The notes beneath the pieces are model-generated. The model was not told the origin of the DNA and searched no databases. It saw only the letters and a list, made by a program, of their open reading frames with translations. From the human T2T-CHM13v2.0 reference genome, Homo sapiens, in the NCBI RefSeq assembly GCF_009914755.1, contig NC_060933.1: a stretch of 64,000 nt of DNA. One strand, given 5' to 3'. Numbering within the stretch: the stretch's first letter is position 1; each line of letters begins with the position of its first letter. This document shows, in pieces, positions 13,018-24,308 of this stretch. The translations under genes and the position numbers were made by a program.

Positions 13018-13074
<57 letters not shown>
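13018..13074 (+). repeat. (A)57 homopolymer
   Basis: Counted directly; no retroelement body or clear TSD. Confidence 0.95.
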
Positions 13075-13077
<3 letters not shown>

Positions 13078-14119
13078 ACAATCGGATGACATCTTTGGTG
13101 GAAAAAAAAAAAAGCTTCTGACAAGACAGAAAGGTATGAAAATATTTTGAGAGAACTTGTTTAATCGCCCAGCAATGCCTTCCGTTCAATTTAGCCCTTG
13201 AATCAGAATAATCATGACAGATGGCTCCTGCTAGTTAAAAAAAAATTAGCTAAAATTTCAGATAACGCAGCCTTCTGTCATGTTCTCCTACTCTGAGGTT
13301 TATGCAGTTTGTTCAGCAGGCTCTGAACTGCATACTGCTAGTTGATGACCAGTTTTCACTTAGGATCTGCAGAATTCACACCACTCGATACCGAATGCTT
13401 ACAACTCCCAAGCCGGGAGAAATATTGTCAGTTCAGATGACAAAAGACCTTGCTAGGCCACCCCTCCTCCACCCAGATATTAGATCCACATTTTATACAC
13501 CAAGCAATGTTTAAAATGTAAGGACCGAGAGGAAAGCTCTTGGCTCTATCAGCCTTGCCATCTCTTTGTAGCAGAATAAACTCATATCTGATGCTATAAT
13601 TACAACCCTAATGGACACATTTAATTTATTTTGGAGAACTGAGGTTGATATCCACTAGTGCTATTATTAAAAAGACTAATGAGAGCTGCTCGGTAAGAAA
13701 AGAAAAGATTTATTGAATTCCTTTTGGCACCCGGCACAGCTTAGCAATTTTGAGAGCCCATCAAAACAGCAGATATATACCCTGCTCAGATGTGCTGTAT
13801 GGGATGTGAGCTGGGTTTCAGATTTTCAATAACAAATCTGTCACTCCGATTTTAATTAGACGGCTTAAAGCAGCCACATCAATAATGGCAGAATGACGGC
13901 TTAGTTCAAAGATCATAGAGATGTTACTTTACTTTAATAGTTCTTTTATACAAGTACATATTTCAGAAGTTTGCAAGGCATTCATCTTGACTACCCCTTT
14001 CACCAAAGAGGAGAAAAAAATATTCTTAATTGAATTGAACCAGGAACACTAGCAGTCATCACCATTTCTACAGCAGGCTGTTGCATCCAGCTGGTGAGGA
14101 GGTCTAATTTCACACCACG

Positions 14120-14226
14120 CAGCAATGAAATGCTGCTAACTTTTATTTGTGAGTGTGAAATGGTAATATTTCATGACAGCGAAAGGCCAGTTGACACCGC
14201 TGGGTGCACCCTCCGCTGCTCCAAAC
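14120..14226 (-). other. Candidate alternative terminal exon with poly(A) signal
   Basis: Minus strand reads cctcccatttgtctctcag|GTTTGGAGC..., with AATAAA at 14147-14142 and a GU-rich stretch downstream. Confidence 0.3.
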
Positions 14227-14589
14227 CTGAGAGACAAATGGGAGGTCTTGGTTGAGTACTGACAAGCAAATGGATCTTTCTCATGAAAAGCTCCCAGAGA
14301 ATGAAGGGAGGACTCAATTTGGGATGAAGGGTGAAGCCCGCTGTAGAAGTTCCCATTTAACTGTGGACACTCCTCTGCACAGATGGTACAGGAAAGCGGA
14401 TGGTAATCTCAGAGTGAAAAACTGGCCAAAGTCTAAACCTTTTTTTTTTTTAAACTGGGTGGGGATAATGAAGAGTTGTCATTGTATTCCTTTCCATTGA
14501 TTCTTGTTACATGAAGAAAAACATTGGCTGAATAAATATTACATAAATAAACACTATTAGTATATAGAAACTATTACTATATTGGTATA

Positions 14590-15035
14590 TATCTTCCACA
14601 CTTTGATGGGAATATGTGTGTACACTTTTCTTTAAAAAATAAAACCATTCTATACATACTGTAAAGATTTCTGCTTAATATTTCTGCTTAATAATATGGG
14701 TATTATTTTCCATATCAATAAATATATACCAATGTCATCATTTTAACAATTATATACTATTGCATTGTATAAATAATCCATACATTACTGAATCAATCCC
14801 CTCTTGCTGGACATTCAGATAATCTCAGATTATTTTGCAATGTTATGTGTATATGTGTGTATATATATATATAAATACTAATACAGAGTACATGAACATG
14901 TACTTTCTATATATGAGTATGTATTATACACACACACTATATAATTTGATTATTATATTCGAATAAATTATCTTAGGATAAATTATTAGAGCTGGCACTC
15001 CCAAGTCTAAGTATCTGCATTTTTAAAAAAGATTT
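14590..15035 (-). mobile_element. L1ME-type fragment with TA/TG-rich insert
   Basis: 'tcatttttaacaattatatactattgcattgtata...aatcccctcttgctggacattcagat' resembles a reverse L1M 3' region. Confidence 0.55.
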
Positions 15036-15041
15036 CATATG

Positions 15042-15335
15042 CAGTCAGCACTCTACATCCTTGAGTTCCACATGTGCACAAAACCAACCCTCAGATTAGA
15101 AATATTTTTTAAAAATACAACGATAAAAATAATACAAATAAAAAATACAGTATAACAACTATTTACATTACATTAGGTATTATAAATAATCTAGAGATTA
15201 TCTGATGTATACAGGATGTGTGTAGGTTGTATGCAAATCCTATACCATTTTATATCACACATTTGGGCACCCATGGATTTTGGTATCCTCATGGGGTCCT
15301 GGAACCAATTTTGCATGGATACTTAGGGAAAACCA
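15042..15335. mobile_element. MER2 (TcMar-Tigger) DNA transposon, near full length
   Basis: 'cagtcagcactctacatcc...tacagtataacaactatttaca...ggattttggtatcc...ggggtcctggaaccaat' matches MER2. Confidence 0.85.
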
Positions 15336-15689
15336 TATATTATATCACTGTTCTAATGGGTAGAGAATATGTTTCTTAGAAGCATCTTCTCCTGGATCAG
15401 ATCCTGACAAAACACTCTAAACCTGTTACTACCACTTTCACAGCATCATTCAAATCCTCAATTCTATCTCCACTTCCTCTGCAATGCTATTCATCACTCC
15501 CCAGAATAACCTGAACATTCTCTGGACCCAATCCCTGCAAGTCTCCCTCACTGTTCTGGTCAACCTTCAGTGGTGTAGCCAAAGTTGTATTGACTCCTCA
15601 TAGACAGGACTAACATCCTTCATGTTGTCTTAACACTGACTTCTGCAGCATCTAAATAGCACACGCTTCGAGCGAAGACCACAGCCCGT

Positions 15690-16300
15690 GTGCCAATGCC
15701 ATTTCATTGCTCTGCACCAGCTCTGCCTCGTTTCAGGCTATGTGACTTTGGGACAGTGACTTCTCCTCTATGTGCTTCAGTTTCTTAATTGTTCTGAGTA
15801 CTTCCTTCAGGAAGCCTTCTTGGACCTCTTATGTCTAGGTTAGGGCCTTTCCCTGTGTCCCCATGACACTCCATACTTCACCCAGCACAACACTTACCAC
15901 ACAGTTTTATGGATGTCTGGTACCTGTTTTCCCCAACACTAGACTATCACAGTAGGATCCACAGGCATCAATCTTGGTCTCTACTTATGTGCCATTCATT
16001 GAAAAAGATAATTATTGAGTGCCTACTTTAAAAAGATAATTATTAAGTTCCAGATGGTATTTCTGGAAGAACTAGGGATACAACAGAGAACACAACAGAT
16101 AAAGTCACCACTCTCATGTGGCATATATTCCAGCGGGGAGGAGCAGACCGACAGCAGAATGGGTCAACGTAAGGAACGGCAGATAACGGTAAGTACCATG
16201 GAAGCAGGCAAAAGAGAGGGTGGGGTGGACTTGCCGTTTAGGAGTCTGGGGTCAGAGGAGGTCTCCCCCAAAAAGTGACCTTAGGAGAAAGGACTGTTGG
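15690..16300. mobile_element. Cluster of MIR and L2 fragments
   Basis: MIR core 'tgtgactttggg...cttcagtttctt'; L2 motifs 'cttccttcaggaagccttct' and 'ccattcatt...ttattgagtgcctact'. Confidence 0.55.
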
Positions 16301-19261
16301 TGTCTGGAGTTGGGAGAGACCAGTTTCTTTGAGCAGTGGACTTCTTCCTGTTGGTTTCAGAACACAGGCCCTATATCATATTTTGTTTAAAGTAAGAGGT
16401 CTGCTGCTTAAAAAGAAAAAAATTTTTTTCCAACACAGCTTCTAGTGTAAATGGCTTTTTGTGCTAGGCACTATATAACGTGACTTTAAAGCTGGCATAA
16501 TTCCCCAAACAATGAAAGCTTCTGGTGAGAAGCACGTAAGTGTTGAGAGAAGTGATACACCAAGAGGAGGCCCAGGTTCACACTCGACGTAAGTGGCAGA
16601 GCTGGGATTAAACTCCTTGTCTGCTACCTCCAGAGTCCATATCTCTCTCCTCACCCTGAAATGTAAGCCAGACATACCAGCAGGCTGCCAAGTCATTTTA
16701 ATTCAAATTTGATGGAGCTGCCACAGCACTGGTATTGCTTTGTTCGAGTTTGCTTCCCAGATGACCTTGCTGTGTGTTTAGACACCTTTGACAGCCCATA
16801 TTGAACATACCTAAAATGGTCTTCACTGTAAGAGTTCATTGATTGTGCCTCTGTATGTTCAGAGTGATAATGTTTTTTAATCAGAGGGCATTTTATTTGG
16901 AATTTCTTTTCAAAAAGTGCAGGTAGTTCTAAACACTAAATACAAGGTAAAGGTTTTTTAAGAATGTGCCTAGAAAGTATTGCTCTTGGCCCAATTTCTA
17001 CATCAGATCACTGTCCAGTTCTGCCTTCTGCTTCTCACTGACTTTTCTTCTTCTTCTTCTTCTTTTTTTCTGCTTGCTTCCCTACTTCCAGCTGCCAGCA
17101 AGTCAGATAATTAAATGCCAAAGTAGTGACACTTGGCATTTCAATGAGCGTTCTGTATTTACTACACGGTTTCTCTCGACAGCCCTCCTGCTCAGCATGC
17201 GTGCAAGCTCTACGCTGCTCTGCTGAACTGAAGCGCTCTTTTGTTGCAGGGCTGGACGACCTGAAGAAAGATGAACTCGGGCAGCAGCCAAGAACTGAGA
17301 GGAGGGAGTCAGCAGATTCCCTAACTTCTCTCCTCCGCTACCTCTTGGAGTTTATGTCCTCATTTCAATTAAACAAGCCTTTGTTAAAACCTTAGCCCTC
17401 TGTGCTCAGCCCTCTACTGGGACATTTTTAAAATGAATTTTGTATTAAAGGAGACAGGACTTTAGGTCTTTTCACTTCAACCAGGTACTGCCAGAATATT
17501 GCACTATACATGAATCAGAAAGTGAGTTCACCTTAATAAGCTCACCCAATTTTATACAAAAGCTATTTGTCAGAGAGAAGTCGACATTGGATGCAAAAGC
17601 CTGACTCTAGCTTCCAAGGCTGTAATTTAGACCTTGGGAGAACTGTCTAATTCAAAATGTGCCTCTTCACCATAAGGATCATGCGGTCAGGCGGCAGCTC
17701 AGCCATCACCTCCTTCTGGAAGCCCTCCCTGACCCCATGAGTCCGGGTTAAGTGCCCTCCTAGGTGGCTCTGATGCAGCCAGTCCTAGACCATAAACTTA
17801 GAGGACAGGAACCCTGTCTTACTGAGAATGTCCCATGCCAAACACAGCACCTGAAACATATCAGGGGTATGATACACAGTTCCAATTAAACTGCTTTGCA
17901 GTGAGATGATAAAGCCTTTTCAAATTCCTTTAAAAACCTTTAAAAACCAGTGTAGCTGGTTTTCCGGGGCTTTGGAAGACATCATACTAATACTTTTCAT
18001 GAGACCTCTTGTAGCATATAACCTTACCAAGCAGATCCAGAAGACTAGAACCTCCCCAGGTGGATGCCTAGCCACTTTTTGGCAAATTGCTTTCATGGGA
18101 CATTCAAAACCCTGAGAGCTACTTCAAAAGTTTCTGGAGAGCTTTGGCAGGCTCTAAGCTCCAGTGTATCTGCCACAGAGGGAGAGAGGGAGTCATGTTA
18201 ACAGTTTTAATCTTATTCCACCTGCAAAGTAATTGCTTACACTTAAAAAAAAATGCTGGATTGGCCTGTCTAATTCCATTATACCTTTAAAGAATGGCAC
18301 ATTTTAATTCCTTTGCTGTTTCCACATAGTGCTATTGTATTTACTTGCTAATGCATAGAACAGAAAAGAACATGACATTCTCAAAGTTTTTCTGTCCCAT
18401 GATTTGCCCTTCCTCTACCAGCAGGAGGTACCTTTACCTCTCTGTTTTTTTTTTTCCTACATAGCTACATAAACTTTAAAAAGAGATCATCTGACTACAC
18501 TGCCTCTTATTGTCTCTTTTTTCACTCCTTTGTATTAAACGCAGCTCCTATCCAAGGCAATCTTGGCAGGAAGACACCATCTCTCCCACATTTCCCCTAC
18601 CCCAGTACAGTCCTACTTGCTCTCACCAGGTTGTGCACAGCTCATTACAACTCTAGTCATCTGGAATTGTAAAGATCAAAGTTTTGCTACTTACTACAGT
18701 GTTTCTATGAATGGCTGCATTCCTCTTTTACAAGTAACCCATGACGGAAAACACAGGGGAAGCTTCTTCTTTTTCTTGTTGACAAAAGCTGGATCACTTC
18801 ATGAATGCAGGAAAAAATTTGCTATATATTTAATATCGAAATAAGTGAAAACTAATACATTTATAAGATCCTTTCTGTTTCTGGCCAGTCAGAAAGGCCA
18901 AGCCTAGCAAAGATACTACATGTCTGCTCCCTTGATTTTAGCCAACAGATAGTTTCAAACTCTTTTCTTCATCAAAACTTTTCTCGCCAAAACAGAAAAA
19001 AAGTTGGCTTGCATCTCAACTTCTCTTATTTTCTCCATCCTATATGGAAGGCTTCAGGCAGCTACCCAGAAAGAAGGTAGGATAATTGAGGCCTAAGTCA
19101 CCATAGGGTCACTGGCTCTTAAATATAAGCACAAATGAAGCCATAATTCCTAGAATTAGAAGAAACTAGAGTGAAAATCAAAGTGAAGGACATTGATTGA
19201 GGGTCTCTTGGCCAAGAAACAACATTCTCTTGCACTTGTTATATTTCCTGCACATGGAGCT

Positions 19262-21314
19262 TGATGTGGTTGGCTGTGTCCCCACCCAAATCTCATCTTG
19301 AATTATAACTCCCATAACTCCAATGTGTCAGGAGAGGAACATGGTGAGAGGTGACTGAATTATGGGGTGGGTCTTTCCTGTGCTGTTCTCTTGATAGTGA
19401 ATGAGTCTCACAAGATCTGATGGTTTTAAAAAGGGGAGTTTCCCTGCAAAAGCTCTCTCTTCACTGCTGCCATCCATGTAAGACATGACTTGCTCTTCCT
19501 TGCCTTCTGCCATGATTGTGAGGTCTCCCCAGCCATGTGGAACTGTAAGTCCATTAAACCTCTTCTGTAAATTGCCCAGTCTCTGATATGTCTTTATCAG
19601 CAGCATGAGAACAGGCTCATACAGTAAATTGGTACCAGCAGAGGGGGGCACTACTGTAGATACTTAAAAATGTGGAAGCGGCTCTGAGACTGGGTAACAG
19701 GCAGGGATTGGAACAGTTTGGAGGGCTCAGAAGAAGACAAAAAAATGTGAGAAATTTTGAAACTTCCTAAAGACTTGTTGAATGGCTTTGACAAAAATGC
19801 TGAGAGTGGTGTGGATAATAAAGTCCAGGCTGAGGTGGTCTCAGATGGAAATGAGAAACTTGTTGGGAACTGGAACAAAGGTGACTCTTGTTATGTCTTA
19901 GCAAAGAGAGTAGTGGCATTTTTCCCCTGCCATAGAGATGTGTGGAACTTTGAACTTGAGGGAGATGATTTAGGGTATCTGGCGAAAGAAATTTCTAAGC
20001 AGCAGAGCATTCAAGAGGTGACTTGGGTGCTGTTAAGGGCATTCAGTTTTCTAAGGGAAGCAGAGCACAAAAGTTTGGAAATTTGCAGCCTGAAAATGCG
20101 ATAGAAAAGAAAATCCCATTTTCTAAGGAGAAATTCAAGCTGGCTGCAGAAATTTGCATAAATAATGAAGAGTCAAATGTTAATCCCAAAGACAATGGGG
20201 AAAATGTCTCCAGGGCATGTCAGAGGTCTTCATGGCAGCTTCTCCTATCACAGGCCCCGAGGCCTAGGAGGAAAAACTGGTTCTGTGGGTTGGGCCCAGG
20301 GACTGTGTGTGCTGTGTGCAGCCTAGGGACTGCTAGGGCAGTGCAGAAGGGAAAGGTGATGTTGGAGCCCCCACACAAAGTCCCTCCTAGGGCACCACTT
20401 AGCAGAGTTGTGAGAAGATGGTCATTGTCCTCCAGACCCCAGACTGGTAGATCCACTGACAGCTTGCACTTTGTACCTAGAAAAGTTGCAGACACTCAAC
20501 ATCAGCCTATGAAGGCTGCTGGGAGGGACGTTATACCCCGCAAAGCCACGGGCAGAGCTGCCCAAGACCATGGGAACACACCTCTTGCATCAGCATGACC
20601 TGGATGTGAGACATGGAGTGAAAGGGGATCATTTTGGAGCTCTAAGATTTGACTGCCCCGCTGGATTTGGGAATTGCATGGGCCCTGTAGCCCCTTTGTT
20701 TCGGCCAATTTCTCCCATTTGGAATGGCTGTATTTACCCAATGCCTGTACCCCCATCATATCTAGGAAGTAAGTAACTTGCTTTTGATTTTACAGGTGGA
20801 AAGGACTTGCCTTGTCTCAGATGAGACTTTAGACTGTAGACTTTTGAGTTAATGTTGAAATGAGTTAAGACTTTGGGGGACTCTTGGGAAGGCATGATTG
20901 ATTTTGAAATGTGAGGACATAAAATTTTGGAGGGGCCAGGGACAGAATGATATGGTTTGGTTGTCTCCCCATCCAAATCTCATCTTGAATGGTAACTCCC
21001 ATAATTCCCACATGTTTCAGGAGGAACCCAGTGGGAAGTGATTGAATTGTGGGGGCGTGTCTTCCCTGCACTGTTCTCGTAATAGTGAATGAGTCTCGCG
21101 AGATCTGATGGTTTTCAAAGTGGGAGTTTCTCTGTACAAGATTTCTTTGCCTGCTGCCAACCATGTAAGATGTGACTTGCTCGTCCTTGCCTTCTGCCAT
21201 GATTGTGAGGCCTCCCCAGCCATGTGGAACTGTAAATCCATTAAACCTCTTTCTTTTGTAAATTGCCCAGTCTCAGGTATGTCTTCATCAGCAGTGTAAG
21301 AACAGACTAGTACA
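19262..21314 (+). mobile_element. THE1B (ERVL-MaLR) provirus: 5' LTR 19262-19623, internal 19624-20947, 3' LTR 20948-21314
   Basis: Two TG...CA THE1-type LTRs, THE1-int starting gtaaattggtacc, and a perfect TSD GAGCT at 19257-19261 and 21315-21319. Confidence 0.95.
19670..20776 (+). pseudogene. Disrupted MaLR internal ORF remnant
   Basis: Peptides such as LLNGFDKNAESGVDNKVQAEVVSDGNEKLVGNW and DLDVRHGVKGDHFGALRFDCPAGF lie in different frames, broken by stops, frameshifts and a deletion. Confidence 0.75.
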
Positions 21315-21367
21315 GAGCTCAATTCACAAAAAAAAAAAACCCATTTTTCCTCACCATTTCAGTCAAA

Positions 21368-21679
21368 ATTATTATTATTATTAATTATTACTGAGACAGG
21401 GTCTTGCTCTGTTGTCCAGGCTGGAGTGCAGTAAAGAGCTTGGCTCACTGCAACCTCCATCTCCAAGTCTCAAGCAATCCTCCCACCTCAGCCTCCTGAG
21501 TAGCTGGGACCACAGGTGTGTGCTACCACACCTGGCTAATTGTTTTTTGTACTTCTTAGTAGAAACAGGGTTTCACCGTGTTGCCCAGGCTGGTCTCAAA
21601 CTCCTGAGCTCAGGCAATGTGCCTGCCTCAGCCTCCCAAGGTGCTGGGATTACAGGTGTAAGCCACTGCACCCAGCCCC
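21368..21679 (-). mobile_element. AluJ, (ATT)n tail
   Basis: 'gagacagggtcttgctctgttgtccagg...ctcaagcaatcctcccacctcagcc' shows AluJ-type diagnostics. Confidence 0.9.
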
Positions 21680-23649
21680 AGTCAAAATTAAATACAAGTG
21701 TCCTGTCAGAATGAAACTTCTACAGTTTGAGGAATCATTAATTACAAAGCATTGCTTCTTGGTACATGAATATTTGGGACCAGAAAGCAGATGTTTGCTC
21801 CTCTCTAGAATGTCATCTTCTACCACAGATTGTGTAGATATACAACAGCTACTATTAGATTCACTATTTTCTAAGAAACAATGTCAATTAGTAATAGGAA
21901 GAGATGTTTCAAGTAATAAAAAATTTTAGCAAAGGAAGCAAAATTTTAGCTCATGTGAGAAATCTAAGATTGGGAAAGAAGTTTTCTCATATGCAACATT
22001 CAATGGAAGCAGAGGTCATCCACGTTAGGAGCATTTTGTACAAAGTCAAACAATTTTGTGATGGAACAATCTACTTTTGTAAAAGTTACTTTCCCTCTAG
22101 TTCCTGGCATTCCCAGTTAAAATTAAAACTGTATAATATTGCTAATCTATAAACTACATAGTTTGTTCTACCCACATCAATTAAAAATTCATTTGTGGAG
22201 AAAAAGAAGAGAAATAAATCAGTCATGCTAATTAAAAAGAAATTAAGCAAGAAACAGTCAAGAAGGACTTTCCTGAAGAAAAAGGAAGTCTTCTTTAGTT
22301 AAATTACAGAATAATTTGTGGAAAATTAAAACTACAAAATGCATTTTCAATACCTTAGAGCCACTGGGTTTGGTGAACAGTGGTGTTTTGCATGTCTACA
22401 TTGCAGGCATGCACTTTCTCCAACAAGATACCCTCTGTCTTCTGCTAATACCTCTCGTGAGCAGAGAAGATGTAAATGTGTTCACTCAGCAGTTTAGGAG
22501 TCCATCATGACCGAAAAATAAAGGCACGGATACAACTGTAGATAATTTTGCTTGGCTCTGATGATCACTATGAATTAAATTCTAAATATGGACTGAAGCT
22601 TCCTTGTGTCATAAAAATTCACAGAATTCCACTCCCTTCTCACCACCCCCACTGTGATCTCTCAAGCAGATTTATGAAAACTGTGTACAATTAGGAATAC
22701 TTTTCTATCAGCATTAATTCTGCCCTCTGACCTTTCTTCCCCAGTTCCATTTGTACCAATGAGTTCTCAATTCATATAAGCTATTCTCCAGAGGCACAGG
22801 ACTGGGCTCCTAATTAACTATTAAATGTCTTGAGAGCAGGGGCACTGGCAGGGAAATCTCACCACAGGCCTCCTCCACTGAAAGTCATCTGGCGGCCTGA
22901 CTGTGAAGCCCTTTTGCCCCCTCGGGCAGTACCAGCAGGGACCAGTGGAAGCCCCAGCAGCATCCAATAAACTGAGCCAACCAAAAATAGTAAAGGCTTT
23001 GAAAACCACTGCCCTTGGAAGCACAGCCCACTAAAGTAGGCAAAGACCCATGTGCTAAACTTAACAGGGTGTCTGCCTGCTAAAGTAAAAGTTTGGAATG
23101 CAACCCAGAGTTTCCAAACATATGAAATGTGCAGGATATAATTTAAAATCACCCATCAACTAAGAACCAAAAAATCACAACTTGAGTAAAAAAAGACAGT
23201 CAACTAATGCCAATACCAAAATGGATCAGATGAATTAGATCTTGAAATGATCTGAAAAGGATTTTAAAGCAGCTGTCATAAAAATGCTTCAACAATGAAT
23301 TACAAATTCTTTTGAAACAAATGGAAAAAATTAGAAAATTCCAGAAAAGAAATGGAAGCTACAAAAAATGAAAAGCGTAAATTATAATAATAAAATAATA
23401 GTAATACAGATTTTAAAACTTGCTGGAAGGGCTCAACAGTAGAGGTGAGAGAGGACAAAATTAGTGGACTTGAGGGCAGGACAATAAAATTTACCCAATT
23501 TCAACAAAAAAGGCAAACATAATGAGAAAAAAAATTAACAGCTCCTCAGGGACTTGTGGGACACTAGAAAAAGACCCAACATTTGTATCATCAGAGTTCC
23601 AGAAGAGAAGAAAGAGAGTAGAACCGAAAGAGTATATAAAGAAATAATG

Positions 23650-23956
23650 GGCTGGGTGCAGTGATTCACGCCTTTAATCCTAGCACTTTGGGAGGCCAAG
23701 GCGGGTGGATCACCTGAGGTCAGGAGTTCGAGACCAGCCTGGCCAACATGGTGAAACCCTGTCTCTACTAAAAATGCAAAAATTAGCTGGGCGTTGTGGT
23801 GGGCGCCTGTAATCCCAGCTACTCAGGAGGCTGAGGCAGGCACTTGAACCCAGGAGGCAGAGGTTACAGTGAGCCAAGATCACGCCACTGCACCCCAGTC
23901 TGGGCGACAAGAGTGAAACAACGTTTAAAAAAAAAAAAGAAAAAGAAAAGAAAAGA
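23650..23956 (+). mobile_element. AluSq-like, inserted in L1 ORF1
   Basis: TSD AAAGAAATAATG at 23638-23649 and 23957-23968. Confidence 0.95.
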
Positions 23957-24194
23957 AAAGAAATAATGGCTGAAAACTCCCTGGATTTGGCAAAAAAAAA
24001 AAAAAAAAAAAAACAAAACAAAACACAAACATAAACCTACAGATTCAAAAAACAGTGAATCCAAACCAGATAAACTCAGGAAAATATACACTAAAACACA
24101 TCATAATTAAAAATTTAAAATCTAAAGAGAAAGAAGATCTTGAAATAATCCAGAGAAAAACGATACATGAACATCAATTCAATGACAGCACATT

Positions 24195-24308
24195 TTCCCT
24201 CCAGCTTCACTGAGGTATAGTGATGATTAAAATTTAATATATTTAAGGTCTACAACTTGATGATTTGGTATATGTATACATTGTGAAATATTCACCACAA
24301 TCAAGCTA
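24195..24308 (-). mobile_element. L1MA9-like 3' terminal fragment nested in the L1MC
   Basis: 'cagcttcactgaggtata...tatatttaaggtctacaacttgatgatttggtatatgtatacattgtgaaa...accacaatcaagctaat'; both flanks begin aatgac (decayed TSD). Confidence 0.7.

Noticed and set aside
12875-13189. Poly-Lys/poly-Phe ORFs, and the A57 tract as a processed-pseudogene tail
   Set aside because: The ORFs come from the homopolymer; there is no upstream AATAAA, mRNA-like body or convincing TSD
19757-20598. 115-aa and 191-aa ORFs
   Set aside because: Fragments of the disrupted THE1 internal ORF
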